NCBI GenBank assembly: GCA_035362935.1
Contig: DAOSEC010000001.1
Coordinates: 71,665-135,664 of the forward strand
Direction of reading: 5' to 3'
Origin: Bacilli bacterium
Lineage (GTDB): Bacteria; Bacillota_I; Bacilli_A; ML615J-28; CAG-313
Length of the DNA: 64,000 bases
How positions within the stretch are numbered: position 1 is the stretch's first letter; each line of letters opens with the position of its first letter. Under the pieces are notes generated by a model that saw only the letters and a list, made by a program, of their open reading frames with translations, had not been told where the DNA came from and did not search any database. Positions 1 to 11,900 of the stretch are shown here, piece by piece. The translations under genes and the position numbers were made by a program.

Positions 1-15
1 CACAAACATGTACAA

Positions 16-696
16 ATGATTGCACACCGAGGTTTATCTGGTCTTGAAGTGGAAAACACGTATCCTGCATTTCTTGCAGCAGCAAATCGTAGTTTTTATG
101 GAATTGAGTGCGATGTTCGAAAAACAAAGGACAAGAAATTTGTTACCTTTCATGATGCTGATCTAAAAAGATTAGGTGGGATTGAAAAGAAGGTAAGGGA
201 AATGACGTTTGCTGAATTATTGAACGTACCACTAAAATCTCGATTTTCATCAGGAGATTCCTATAGCCGTATCTGTTTGTTTGAAGATTATTTAGATATA
301 TGCAAAAGATATCATAAGGTAGCAATCATCGAACTCAAGGACCGATTTTTGATTCGAGATATAACAAAAATACTTAAATTGATTGAAAAAAAAGAAATGA
401 TGCATATGGTGAAACTAATTACATTTCATCCGATTCATTTAAAACTGATCCGAGATCTCAATTTACACATTGAAGTTCAGTATTTAGTGGAAAAATATCA
501 AGACAGTGTGTTGTTTCACTGTCAAAAGTTTCACACCGATGTTAGCATGTATTATCGCAACGTTTCAAAAGATATGATAGATTTATTTCACAGTCTAAAC
601 ATAAAGGTCGCTACTTGGACCATTGACAATCCTGTAGATGCTCTAATGATGATGGATTGGGGAGTCGATTATATCACCTCGAATATATTGGAGTAA
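16..696 (+). CDS. glycerophosphodiester phosphodiesterase (GDPD family). The start may lie upstream of the window edge.
   Basis: N-terminal HRG motif (MIAHRGLSG...E.D...TKD) is typical of GlpQ/UgpQ-type GDPD. The frame is open back to nt 1 and no SD precedes the ATG at 16. Confidence 0.75.
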   Translation: MIAHRGLSGLEVENTYPAFLAAANRSFYGIECDVRKTKDKKFVTFHDADLKRLGGIEKKVREMTFAELLNVPLKSRFSSGDSYSRICLFEDYLDICKRYHKVAIIELKDRFLIRDITKILKLIEKKEMMHMVKLITFHPIHLKLIRDLNLHIEVQYLVEKYQDSVLFHCQKFHTDVSMYYRNVSKDMIDLFHSLNIKVATWTIDNPVDALMMMDWGVDYITSNILE

Positions 697-698
697 AT

Positions 699-983
699 AT
701 GGAAGACATTCGACGAATCATTCAAGAATTTAGAACAAAACGGAAATGGGATCTATATGATCGTCCCGCAAATATGGCAAAATCCATTATCATAGAAGCA
801 AGTGAACTACTGGAAAATTATCAATGGAGTGATGAGGCAAAAGATTTAACAAACGTAAAGGAAGAGTTAGCTGACATTTTAATCTATACCATCACATTAT
901 GTGATATCTATGGATTTGATATCAAAGAGATTATTAAAGAAAAACTAAAAAAAAACGCAATCAAATACCCAGAAATAAAGTAA
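699..983 (+). CDS. MazG-like nucleotide pyrophosphohydrolase domain protein
   Basis: Small helical protein with an EExxE-like acidic motif (EELADIL), as in the MazG/YpjD family. ATG at 699 directly follows the GDPD stop. The track ORF start at 657 was rejected because it overlaps the upstream gene. Confidence 0.6.
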   Translation: MEDIRRIIQEFRTKRKWDLYDRPANMAKSIIIEASELLENYQWSDEAKDLTNVKEELADILIYTITLCDIYGFDIKEIIKEKLKKNAIKYPEIK

Positions 984-1002
984 AGGAAATAGGAGATTAT
1001 TT

Positions 1003-2238
1003 ATGTTACGTGGTATCACAGATCATGCAATTTTTGACATTATTGAGAAAGAAAAAAAGAGACAAACTCACAACATCGAGTTAATCGCAAGTGAAAATTT
1101 TGTTAGCCTCGAAGTTTTGAAGGCACAAGGATCGATTCTTACCAACAAGTATGCAGAGGGTTATCCAGCAAAACGCTATTATGGTGGGTGCGAGTATGTA
1201 GATGAAATTGAATCTTTGGCAATTGAAAGAGCAAAAAAATTATTCAATGCAAAGTTTGCGAATGTTCAACCTCATTCGGGTTCCCAAGCAAACATGGGGG
1301 CATATCGAACACTACTGAACCATAAAGACGTTGTATTAGGTTTGGCACTTGATCATGGTGGGCACTTAACACACGGGCATCCTTTAAGTTTCTCTGGTGT
1401 AGATTACGAGTTTCATCCATATTATGTATCCAAAGATACAGAAGCAATTGATTATGATGCACTAGAACAAGTTGCATTAAACATAAAACCAAAGTTAATC
1501 GTCGGTGGAGCATCAGCTTACCCAAGAGCGATTGATTTCAAACGAATGAGAGAGATAGCGGATAAGGTTGGGGCATACTTAATGATAGATATGGCTCATA
1601 TCGCTGGAATTGTAGCAGCGAAGTTGCACCAAAATCCGGTTGATTATGCTGATATTGTAACATCCACAACGCACAAAACACTTCGTGGTCCACGTGGTGG
1701 ATTAATCTTAACAAACAATGAAGAGATTGCAAAAAAACTAGACCGTATTGTGTTTCCTGGGATTCAAGGAGGACCACTCATGCATATCATTGCTGCAAAA
1801 GCAGTTGCATTCCTAGAAGCGGATAGTGAAGAGTTTGTCCATTACCAAGAACAAGTGTTGAAAAACGCAAAAGCTTTAGCAAACCGATTGATGGAACTAG
1901 GATATCATGTTGTATCAAATGGTACAGATAATCACCTCATGTTAGTAGATGTCAAATCTAAACTAGGAATAACAGGTAAAAAAGCAGAAAACATATTAGA
2001 TAGCGTACACATTACATGCAACAAAAATACAATTCCGTTTGATACTGAAAAACCAATGTTAGCAAGCGGAATTCGACTAGGTACTCCTGCAGTTACAACA
2101 AGAGGATTTAAAGAACAAGATTTGATTGTAGTAGCAAATCTAATTGATAAAGCGTTGACCAATGCGAAAAATGTAGAAGTATTAGATGAAGTCAGAAAAG
2201 AAGTTATGGAATTAACATCAAAGTTCCAATTATATTAA
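1003..2238 (+). CDS. glyA: serine hydroxymethyltransferase
   Basis: Full-length SHMT signature ([11 protein letters not shown]-Lys region [13 protein letters not shown]). RBS GGAGA lies upstream. Confidence 0.95.
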   Translation: MLRGITDHAIFDIIEKEKKRQTHNIELIASENFVSLEVLKAQGSILTNKYAEGYPAKRYYGGCEYVDEIESLAIERAKKLFNAKFANVQPHSGSQANMGAYRTLLNHKDVVLGLALDHGGHLTHGHPLSFSGVDYEFHPYYVSKDTEAIDYDALEQVALNIKPKLIVGGASAYPRAIDFKRMREIADKVGAYLMIDMAHIAGIVAAKLHQNPVDYADIVTSTTHKTLRGPRGGLILTNNEEIAKKLDRIVFPGIQGGPLMHIIAAKAVAFLEADSEEFVHYQEQVLKNAKALANRLMELGYHVVSNGTDNHLMLVDVKSKLGITGKKAENILDSVHITCNKNTIPFDTEKPMLASGIRLGTPAVTTRGFKEQDLIVVANLIDKALTNAKNVEVLDEVRKEVMELTSKFQLY

Positions 2239-2243
2239 TCAAT

Positions 2244-2280
2244 GAAAAAAGGATGATGTCAACCATCATCCTTTTGATTT
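2244..2280. terminator. bidirectional rho-independent terminator between glyA (+) and the dppA-like gene (-)
   Basis: Perfect 10-bp stem AAGGATGATG/CATCATCCTT with loop TCAAC. It is flanked by T-runs on both strands. Confidence 0.6.
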
Positions 2281-2292
2281 ATATATATGTTT

Positions 2293-3099
2293 TTAAATCG
2301 CGAAATGTAAAAAGCGTGCAACCTCATAGAATTTATCTGTCTTAAATAAGACTTTATCAAAAGAGAATAAGGATGCATTTGGATAAAACGAGCTTGAATA
2401 TGCCTTCTTATGATTGCGGTAACAAACCTCAACTTCAAAATATCTTGGCATATTGATAAAAAATTGGTGTTTATCTTTTTTTAGTTTTTGAATAGCTAAT
2501 GTCACTTGTCTGTTAATTTCGGTTAATGATTTATCTGGATGGTTCGATACGACTGCTCCACCTAATCCAGAAAAAGAGGCATACGTTTCGATTTCGGCAT
2601 TTTCTTCTTCGATTGATTTGGTTAATAACTCATCGCCACTAACAAAAATCACAGGCACCTTATGAATTTGAGCATAATAAGCATTTAACAAAAACTCACT
2701 TGCAATTTTACCATTGATACGAATGTGGTGCAAATCGGTTGATAGGGTGTGCGACAATGGGTTTCCACCCGATCTTGATGGACTATGGTATCCAATGAAC
2801 ATACATGCATCAAAAGATTCATCAAGCAAAGCCATCATATCATTTGGCGCACCCGACCAACCTTTAATGATTTTCACATAATTTGGTAGTTCCGATAAGG
2901 TTAAGTTTCGTGCTGAATCATGGGCATCTCTTACGTAAATTTCATCAACCCCAGCATTGTGTAACGCTTCAACTGCAGCTTTCACTTCCTTCGTCATTTG
3001 ATCTTTATATGCTCTATATTCTGAATTGTTCAATGTTGTTTCATTCCAGTGACTTATTCCAGTAATTCCTTCGATATCTGCACTAATGTATACTTTCAT
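2293..3099 (-). CDS. dppA: D-aminopeptidase DppA-like (peptidase M55 family)
   Basis: N-terminus MKVYISADIEGITG is characteristic of DppA/M55 D-aminopeptidases. Confidence 0.75.
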   Translation of the reverse strand: MKVYISADIEGITGISHWNETTLNNSEYRAYKDQMTKEVKAAVEALHNAGVDEIYVRDAHDSARNLTLSELPNYVKIIKGWSGAPNDMMALLDESFDACMFIGYHSPSRSGGNPLSHTLSTDLHHIRINGKIASEFLLNAYYAQIHKVPVIFVSGDELLTKSIEEENAEIETYASFSGLGGAVVSNHPDKSLTEINRQVTLAIQKLKKDKHQFFINMPRYFEVEVCYRNHKKAYSSSFYPNASLFSFDKVLFKTDKFYEVARFLHFAI

Positions 3100-3108
3100 A
3101 CAAACCTC

Positions 3109-4536
3109 CTATTTTTTTCCCTTTTTTGTTTTTGATGTTTCAACGATTTTCGCTTGAATATTTGTCATTGATTCCAAACTCAATATGGAATCTAAGTCTT
3201 TATCTGGTAATAAATTCTTTTCTTTTACCAATTCTTTTACCGATCTTTTGGATTGTAGTGACTCTTGAATGAGCTGAGCCACGGATGCTTGACCAAGGTA
3301 TGGTACCAACGCAACCGCAAGAATACTACTATTTGCAACTGATTGGTAACAATAATCTAAATTTACTGTTAAACCTTCCAGACTTTTTTCTCTTAAGGTG
3401 CGTGCTGATCGTCTAAGATAATCAATTGCCTCAAACATACTAGCTAATATAATCGGAATCGAAGAGTTTAACTCTAAGGTTCCTGATTCTAGTGCCATTG
3501 ATATGGTTACATCTAATCCAATTACATAATACGAAATTTGGTTGACAAGTTCAGGGATAACTGGCGTTACCTTTCCTGGGTGGAAGGAAGAACCCGGTTG
3601 AACAGCAGGAAGATTAATCTCCTTTAATCCAGTTTCTGGACCACTTGCCATCAAACGAATGTCATGAGCTATTTTGGATAAATCAATTGCTAATGTTTTT
3701 AAAGCAGAGCTTAAGAACGAAAAACAATCCAAATGTCGTGAATTATCAATCAAATTTTTCGATTGATAGACGTCTTCTCCACTATACTTAGCCAAGTGGC
3801 TTACCACCTTTTTAAAGTATATAGGGTGGGCATTCAAACTTGTACCAACAACTGTACCACCAAGGTTAACTTCATACAACCCATCCATTGCTTGTTCAAT
3901 TCGCTTAATGTCACGTTTGATGACATCTTCGTAAGAAGAAAAGATAGATCCAAATTTAATTGGTGCAGTATCTTGAAGATGGGTTCTTGCCATTTTATAG
4001 ACATCTTCAAACAAGACGGCTTTATCATAGAAAGCATTTTGTAATTTTTTTAACTCCACTAGTAATTTTTTTGTCAATCGAATTGTAGCTAGTTTTCCTG
4101 CGGTTGGGACGACATCGTTTGTGGATTGACACAAATTAACGTGATGTAGTGGGTGGACAAAGTTATAAACACCGCGTTCACCGCCAAACATTTCGTTTGC
4201 TCGATTTGCAATCACCTCATTGGCATTCATGTTCATACTTGTTCCTGCTCCACCTTGAATTAGGTCAGTAATAAACTGCCCATGTAGTCTACCATTTAAT
4301 ATTTCATCACAAGCTAGCATGATTTTTTTTGCTAGTTCAGGACTAAGTAAATCTGCATCTGCATTGGCCTTCGCAGCAGCTTTTTTTACAACAGCTAGTG
4401 CCTTTATCATTTGTCGATTTAATCCTCTTTTTGTGATGGAAAAATTTTCTTTCGCTCTTAAGGTTTGAATACCATAATACGCTTCTGCGGGGACTTGTCT
4501 TTCCCCTAAATCGTCTTTTTCAATCCGATATCTCAC
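3109..4536 (-). CDS. aspA: aspartate ammonia-lyase (aspartase/fumarase class II family)
   Basis: QGGAGTS(M)NMN motif and the GS.MP.K.N region. The QGGAGTS variant favours AspA over FumC, which has QTGSGT. Confidence 0.8.
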   Translation of the reverse strand: MRYRIEKDDLGERQVPAEAYYGIQTLRAKENFSITKRGLNRQMIKALAVVKKAAAKANADADLLSPELAKKIMLACDEILNGRLHGQFITDLIQGGAGTSMNMNANEVIANRANEMFGGERGVYNFVHPLHHVNLCQSTNDVVPTAGKLATIRLTKKLLVELKKLQNAFYDKAVLFEDVYKMARTHLQDTAPIKFGSIFSSYEDVIKRDIKRIEQAMDGLYEVNLGGTVVGTSLNAHPIYFKKVVSHLAKYSGEDVYQSKNLIDNSRHLDCFSFLSSALKTLAIDLSKIAHDIRLMASGPETGLKEINLPAVQPGSSFHPGKVTPVIPELVNQISYYVIGLDVTISMALESGTLELNSSIPIILASMFEAIDYLRRSARTLREKSLEGLTVNLDYCYQSVANSSILAVALVPYLGQASVAQLIQESLQSKRSVKELVKEKNLLPDKDLDSILSLESMTNIQAKIVETSKTKKGKK

Positions 4537-4545
4537 GTAAATCTC

Positions 4546-5733
4546 CTACTTTCTAATAACACCTTGTTTAATAGCAGTCTGTTTTACTGCTTTACTTACA
4601 GCCTTAACAACTCGTTTGTCAAATGGCGATGGAATAATATAATCTGTTGATAACTCTAAATCTGTTACAAGGGATGCGATGGCATAGCTTGCTGCTAGCT
4701 TCATTTCTGGAGTTATCTTTGTTGCTTTTGCATCGAGAGCACCTCTAAAAATACCTGGGAATGCAAGCAGATTATTAATCTGGTTTGGATAATCACTTCT
4801 ACCAGTTCCTACAATAAAGGCTCCAGCATCCTTGGCAAGTTCTGGCATTATCTCTGGGGTTGGATTTGCTAGCGCAAAAACAATTGGGTTTGCATTCATT
4901 TTTTGAATCATGGTCGATGTGACAATATTAGCTACACTTACACCTATAAAAACATCAGCGTTCGTCATTACTCCTTCTAATGAATCTTGATCGATAGATT
5001 CATAGGATGATATAATCCCTTTATCTAATAATTCTTTTTCTAATGAGTCATAGTTATCGTATTTCTGATAACTTAAAGCACCTTTAATGTTAAATGCATA
5101 TATATGTTTTACACCAAGCTTTTTTAACGATGTGGCAATTGCACTACCGGCAGCACCAGTTCCACTCATCGCAATGTTTAAATCTATGATATTTTTGTTT
5201 GCTAATTTACATGCATTGATCAAAGCTGCAGTTACTACGATTGCTGTTCCGTGTTGATCATCATGCATAACCGGAATATCAAGTTCTTCAATCAATCTTC
5301 GTTCAATCTCAATGCATCTTGGTGCACTAATGTCTTCTAAATTGATACCGCCAAGAGTTGGAGAAATTAATTTACAAGTACGAATGATTTCTTCAGTATC
5401 TTGAGTATCTAGACAGATTGGAATGGAATCAATATTAGCGAAATTCTTAAATAGTATGGATTTTCCTTCCATTACTGGAATTGCTGCTAGTGGTCCGATA
5501 TTTCCTAAACCTAGAACAGCGCTTCCATCACTAATAACTGCTATTGTATTTTGTTTTGAGGTATACTTATAAACGTTTCTATTATCTTTTGCAATTTCTT
5601 TACAAGGTTCTGCAACCCCAGGAGAATAATAAATCGATAATTCTTCTTTATTACGCACAGAAACCTTGCTTTTTACAGCAAGTTTTCCCTTGTGTTTTTC
5701 GTGAGCTTCCAGTGATTTTTGATATAAATTCAT
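4546..5733 (-). CDS. NAD(P)-dependent malic enzyme (short YtsJ/MaeA-like form)
   Basis: Motifs [24 protein letters not shown] and the [10 protein letters not shown] Rossmann loop. I place the start at the second Met (MNLYQ...), which has an AGGAG SD 10 nt upstream. The track ORF begins 27 nt earlier. Confidence 0.8.
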   Translation of the reverse strand: MNLYQKSLEAHEKHKGKLAVKSKVSVRNKEELSIYYSPGVAEPCKEIAKDNRNVYKYTSKQNTIAVISDGSAVLGLGNIGPLAAIPVMEGKSILFKNFANIDSIPICLDTQDTEEIIRTCKLISPTLGGINLEDISAPRCIEIERRLIEELDIPVMHDDQHGTAIVVTAALINACKLANKNIIDLNIAMSGTGAAGSAIATSLKKLGVKHIYAFNIKGALSYQKYDNYDSLEKELLDKGIISSYESIDQDSLEGVMTNADVFIGVSVANIVTSTMIQKMNANPIVFALANPTPEIMPELAKDAGAFIVGTGRSDYPNQINNLLAFPGIFRGALDAKATKITPEMKLAASYAIASLVTDLELSTDYIIPSPFDKRVVKAVSKAVKQTAIKQGVIRK

Positions 5734-5885
5734 TTGACAATTTTCTCCTATAACGATCATTATCTATAATATATCATATCACAAATGGAACAAAAACAAA
5801 AGTTAAAATGAAAAGGAAACGGATGAAATAAAAGAACAGACGGGGTATAATGCATAAATATAACCAATTATATTGATATTGTTTC

Positions 5886-5913
5886 TTGACTTTGATAGAA
5901 TTAATGTATAAAT
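5886..5913 (+). promoter_or_regulatory. candidate sigma-A promoter for the giant gene (TTGACT ... TGTATAAAT)
   Basis: The -35 TTGACT and an extended -10 lie about 12 nt upstream of the SD GAGGTGA and the ATG at 5925. Confidence 0.4.
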
Positions 5914-5924
5914 GAGGTGATTAT

Positions 5925-8900
5925 ATGCCAATTCCTGGAATCAACTTAGGCAATATAGATTTAAGTAATTTGATGACATACTTATATGTCTTAATTGGAA
6001 TTGCCATTTTAGCAGGTGTGTTAGGTGGTTTTATGAAGGGTTTGAAGAAAACCATCTACACAACGGTGATTTACATAGGGGTTTATGTAGCAGCGTGGGT
6101 TGCATTACCATATGTAGTAAACGCAGTATATGAATTAAATATCGGGGATTTAGTGAGACCTTATGTGGCCCAATACTTTAACATGGAGTTGTTTGGGCAA
6201 CCAATTACATCGATTAAAAACCTAGTAATGTCAGCGCTTGAAAATTTTGTACCAGGCGCTAATGTCATATTAACACCAGGATCGGATGCACTTGCATTCA
6301 TTGAAGGAACTGCAATCATGGTGGTTCGAATCATTGTGTTTTTTGTGTTATTATTTGTTGGTGGTATCGTTATTAATTTACTTGGACGTATTTTATGGAC
6401 GTTATTCTTTAAGAAATTAGTAGGAGATACAAAATATAAAGATAGAGATAAGACAAGAAAAACAAATCGTTTCCGTTTGTTAGGAGCCGCTGTTGGTGCA
6501 GTCAAAGGGTTATTTGAGGCGTTAATTATCATCGTTCCTATTGGTGGTTTAATGAGTGTGATGTCAACTCTCGATTCGAATACACTCAGAACGCTTTTAG
6601 GAGCAAACCCAGGAGAACAAACCTCATTATCGGAACAGGAACCAGAAAACATTGGAGGGATTGATGCTGAGGCTATTGTTACCTTTATAGAAGAATACAA
6701 AGCATCCACACTCGCTCAAATTGTTAGCCAAATTAAAGTAGGGGCAGAACAAAAACAAATCGATTATTACATCATTGATGAGTTGGGTAAAATTGAAACA
6801 AAAGGCAACCGCAAAATTTACTTAAGAGAAGAATTAGTGGTTGTATTAGAAGTGGTATCCGAGTTTCCAGGTGTATTCACCGGCGAACCAATTGATCCAT
6901 TTAATCTAACCGAAGAACAAATCAATAATGTTGTTACGAAGTTGAAGCAATCAAGATTAATTCCTGAGTTAATTATTATTGGTGTTGATTATGCATTAAC
7001 AATGGAAGAAGTACAAACAATTGTTGATGAGTATGACATTGATACTTCAGATTTAGCAGAAATCGATTGGTATCAAGAGTTTGAAAATGTACTAGATATT
7101 GGTGGTAATGTTCTTAAATTAGGTAATCCACAAGAACTAGACTACTTAAACATAGAAGCAGCTAAAATTCGTGGAATAACAGGAAGTATAGCAGAATCAC
7201 AAATTATTAACATCGTGTTACCAATCGCAATTAATTATGCATTATCCTTACCAGAAGTCGAAGAGATGCTTGGTGAAATTGAATATGATTTTTCAGAAAT
7301 CGTTTGGGGTAATGAAATTATCGCAATTGGTGAAATATATATATCTGTTACAGATTTGGAATTAAATCCAGATGAACTTGGAATTGAATTACTTGATCGT
7401 TTATCAGATGAAGATTTCTTTGAAGGTGTCCTTGATGTCATAGGAGCAATCTCAACGTCACAAGTAATCACACAGCTAGCACCTGCTTTAGCAGATGCTG
7501 CATACAACAGTTTTGCACCAGAAGATTTTCAAGGGTTGTTATCTTTCAGTAACTTACAACCAGATGAATGGCAAGATGAGTTTAGACGACTCCTTAATAT
7601 TGTTGTGTCCATCTCAGAACTAGGTATACTTAGTGGAGAACCTATCAATCCAATGACACTCGATATGGATGCAGTAAGATCCATTATTGAAAATCTATTT
7701 GATTTGGTTGTGATTCAAGGAAATGAAGGAGCAATCGTTGCTAGATTAACCAATATGATACCTCCAATTGTTGAAGGATTTGAGCCGAATTTAGACCCAT
7801 CTCTTAATTGGAAAGAACAAGCATTGCAAATCGTGAACATTCTTGAAGCAGTTCAGCAATTTGGTGATATTAGCTTTGACGAAGAGTTTGATATATTAAG
7901 TTTATTATCGGCAGAAAATGCAGATGCTCTTGCGAATATTTTAACTGAATTAAATCACTCCCTCATTCTAAGAGAAATTATTCCAGCCCTAATCAATAAC
8001 TTTTTAGGTGGTGGAGAATCAAGTCCGATTGAAATGGGAATTAGCTTAGAAGACTTTTTAAGCGAATGGTTAACAAGACAAACTACAATTGATCCAATCA
8101 CTCAAGAAAAAATTCCAATGGAGTCGATTGCCGAATGGGATAGTGAAATCATATATATAGCACGTATGTTAATCATAGCAATGGACATTATGACGGTGGA
8201 TATAAGTGATTTATCCAATTTACCAATCGGGGATAAAAACTATAACGCAGCAACCGCAGAAACCTTTACAACCGAGAATGCAGGATTTGCACAGTTACTC
8301 TATTTAATGAACTATGCACAATCATTTAAGATTGAAGGAATTCGCACATTATTATCTACTTTCTTATTAGGTGAAGGAAGTTTAATTTCAACCGAAAAAG
8401 AATTAGGAACCGTAGTTGCATTAGAAGATCAAACCATTATCGAAGCTTGGAACATTGAAATTGTTGCGATGATGACAGTAATCGAAGAAGCACAAGACGT
8501 GATTGCAGCTTTAAGTGATGAAAATGCAGATATTATGGATCAGTTAGCAGATCCTTCTAAAGTTGAAACCATCTTATTGGCATTTAACGATTCACAAGTA
8601 TTAAGAGTTGTGTTACCAGACTTTATTCATACACTTTTATCAACAACTGGAATGGAAGAATGGTCAACCGACTGGTTAGCCGACCAAGTAGGTGTGGATG
8701 AATTTGGAGAAAACAATCCAACCGAAAGCATTGAAGTATGGGAAATTGAAATTTCACTTCTTGCCAAAGCAATTTCAGGTATCAATTCTGTACTCGGCGG
8801 TGGATTTGGTGAGGGGTTTGATTTCAATAACATAAACTTAGGTGATATCGATAATCATCCTATGTTACCAGATTATACCGGACTCAACCCAGATTTTGAC

Positions 8901-11900
8901 ACAACCGATATGGGATTAGCAGAAATATTATTCTTAGTAAATCACGTAAAAAGTTTAAACATTGATGCTTTACGTGATATATTAGGGGACTTCTTAATTG
9001 GAGAAGGAAGCTTAGTTTCTACCGAAAAAGAATTAGGTGTTGTACCTGGTGCCACATTACAAGCAAAAACACAAAACTGGGATTTAGAAATCATAACAAT
9101 CATTGATTTATTGTCTCAATATACTGAGTTATTTGGAGGAGAAGAAACACCAGACTTCTTAGCACTTCTTGATGACTCATCTAAAATTAAAAACTTACTT
9201 ACCCCATTAAATCATTCATTCATCTTAAGAGAGATTCTTCCAGATATGATTGACACGTTACTTGCAGGAGCAGGAACTGGAGAACTTGATGGATGGTTTA
9301 CTGATTGGTTAGATGACCAAGTTGGTGTGGACGGATTAGGAAATAATAACCCAGTTGCAAGCGTCGCAATATGGGATGATGAAATTGAAGTATTGGCTAT
9401 GCTCATTTCAGTGTTTAACAATGCATTTGGTGGGGCGTTACCAAGCGACATTAGTAATCTTAATGTAGGTGATGTGGATAACCACCCAGTACTTTTGGGA
9501 AATGCATATGATGATGCAAATCCTGGCTTGGCTGAACTATTGTATTTAATGAATTATTCTAAGATTTTTGATGTGTCTAACATAAGAGGCCTCATAGGAG
9601 ACTTTATCGTTGGACCTGATAAATTAATCAACTCCTCAAAAGAATTAGGGGTTGTAACAGGAGCAGATGATGAGGCTTTGTTGCTTGCTTGGGATGATGA
9701 AATTAAAGCACTAATCGCCGTGATAGACCAATACAATACTGTATTTGCGGATATGGATCAAGGAGATTACTTAGATCAATTAACGGATAAAAACACAATT
9801 CAAAACTTATTAGGAAACTTTAATCACTCTATTTTATTACGAGAAGTGTTACCAGACTTGTTATATTCTGTAATGCCTGCCGAAATCGTGACTGATTGGG
9901 TTGATACATGGTTAGTAAACCAAGTTGGCGTTGACGGATTAGGAAATAACAATCCAGTCGCAAGCATTGCTTTGTGGGATGAAGAGATTGAAAACATAGC
10001 TGGAATGATCGAGGCATACAACATATCATTCTCTGGTGGATTTAGCATCGATCTAGAAACCATGAATTTAGGTGATGTGGACAACAATCCTCGTATCTTA
10101 GGGGAAGATTATGACAACACAGCTCCAGGACTAGCAGAAATCTTATACTTTATGAATCAATCAAAATCCTTTAAGGTAGATGAGATTCGAAACATCATTG
10201 GCGACTTCTTAGTTGGCCCAGGAAACATAATTGAAACAGATAAAGAATTAGGTACCATCTCAGCAGCAACTCCAGAAGACTTGATTATTGCTTGGGATGA
10301 TGAAATCAAAGCGTTAATCAACGTAATGGATCAATATAATACATTATTTGCTGGATCAAGTGATTTCTTACAAGACCTAAACGACCGGTCTGAAATTGAG
10401 TCATTGTTAGGCGGATTTAATCACTCGATTATATTAAGAGAAGTATTACCAGACTTATTATATTCAGTCATGCCATCTGAAATTGTAACCGATTGGGTAG
10501 ATGCTTGGCTCATTGATCAAGTAGGAGTAGATGGTTTAGGAAACAACAAACCAGTTGCAAGTATCCTTGATTGGGATATAGAAATATCTAAGATCGCTGG
10601 AATGATTGAAGCATATAACATTTCTTTCTCAAGCGGATTTAGCATTGACTTAGAAACCATGAACTTAGGTGATGTAGATAATAATCCTCGTATTTTAGGG
10701 GAAGATTATGATAATACATCTCCAGGACTAGCAGAAATCTTATATTTTATGAATCAATCAAAATCATTTAAGGTTGATGAAATCAGAAATATTATCGGAG
10801 ACTTCTTAATCGGGCCAGGAAACATCATTGAAACAGACAAAGAATTAGGAACCATCACAGCAGGAGATTCAAATGCATTGATGCTTGCTTGGGATGAAGA
10901 AATCAAAGCCCTTATTAATGTAATGAACCAATACAATACATTGTTTGCTGGATCAAGTAATTTCTTACAAGAGTTGACGAACCGATCTGACATTGAAGCA
11001 TTGCTTGGTGGATTCAATCATTCGATTATATTAAGAGAAGTATTGCCAGACTTGTTATATTCTGTAATGCCTTCTGAAATTGTAACTGATTGGGTAGACA
11101 CTTGGTTGGTAAATCAAGTAGGTGAAGATGCCTTTGGAAATAACAATCTAGTAGAAAGCATTGCTATATGGGATGAAGAGATTTCAAATATTGCTGGAAT
11201 GATTGAAGCATACAACAAATCATTCTCAAGCGGATTTAGCATCGATTTAGAAACCATGAACTTAGGTGATGTAGACAATAATCCTCGTATTTTAGGTGAA
11301 GATTATGATAATACAACTCCAGGACTCGCAGAAATTTTATACTTCATGAATCAATCAAAATCATTTAAGGTTGATGAAATTCGCAACATATTAAGTGAAT
11401 TCTTAATTGGACCTGGTAACCTGATCTCAACAGCCAAAGAACTTGGAACTGTGACAGCAGGCACTCCAGAGGATCTCGTTATCGCTTGGGATGATGAAAT
11501 ATATGCACTTATCTCTGTGATGGAAAGCTATAACTCAACCTTTGCAGGTTCAAGTGACTTCTTAGGGGAATTAACTGATCGAAGCGTAATTGAAACACTT
11601 CTTGGAAGATTCAATGAATCAATCATGTTACGTGAAGTGTTACCAGACTTAATCTACTCTGTATTACCAGCAGAAATTATATCTGATTGGGTTGATACAT
11701 GGTTGGTAAATCAAGTTGGTGTAGACGGACTTGGTGATAACAATCCAGTTGAAAACTATGCATCATGGCAAACTGAAATTTCAAATATTGCTGGTATGAT
11801 TGAAACATACAACAAAGCATTTGCGTTAGGATTTAATGTTGACTTAGCTACTATGCCTCTTGGAGATGTAGATAACAATCCAAGATTACTAGGAAATGCG

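Noticed and set aside
657-698. Upstream extension of the MazG-like ORF (track start 657)
   Set aside because: It would overlap the last 40 nt of the GDPD gene. The ATG at 699 immediately after the GDPD stop gives a typical MazG N-terminus.
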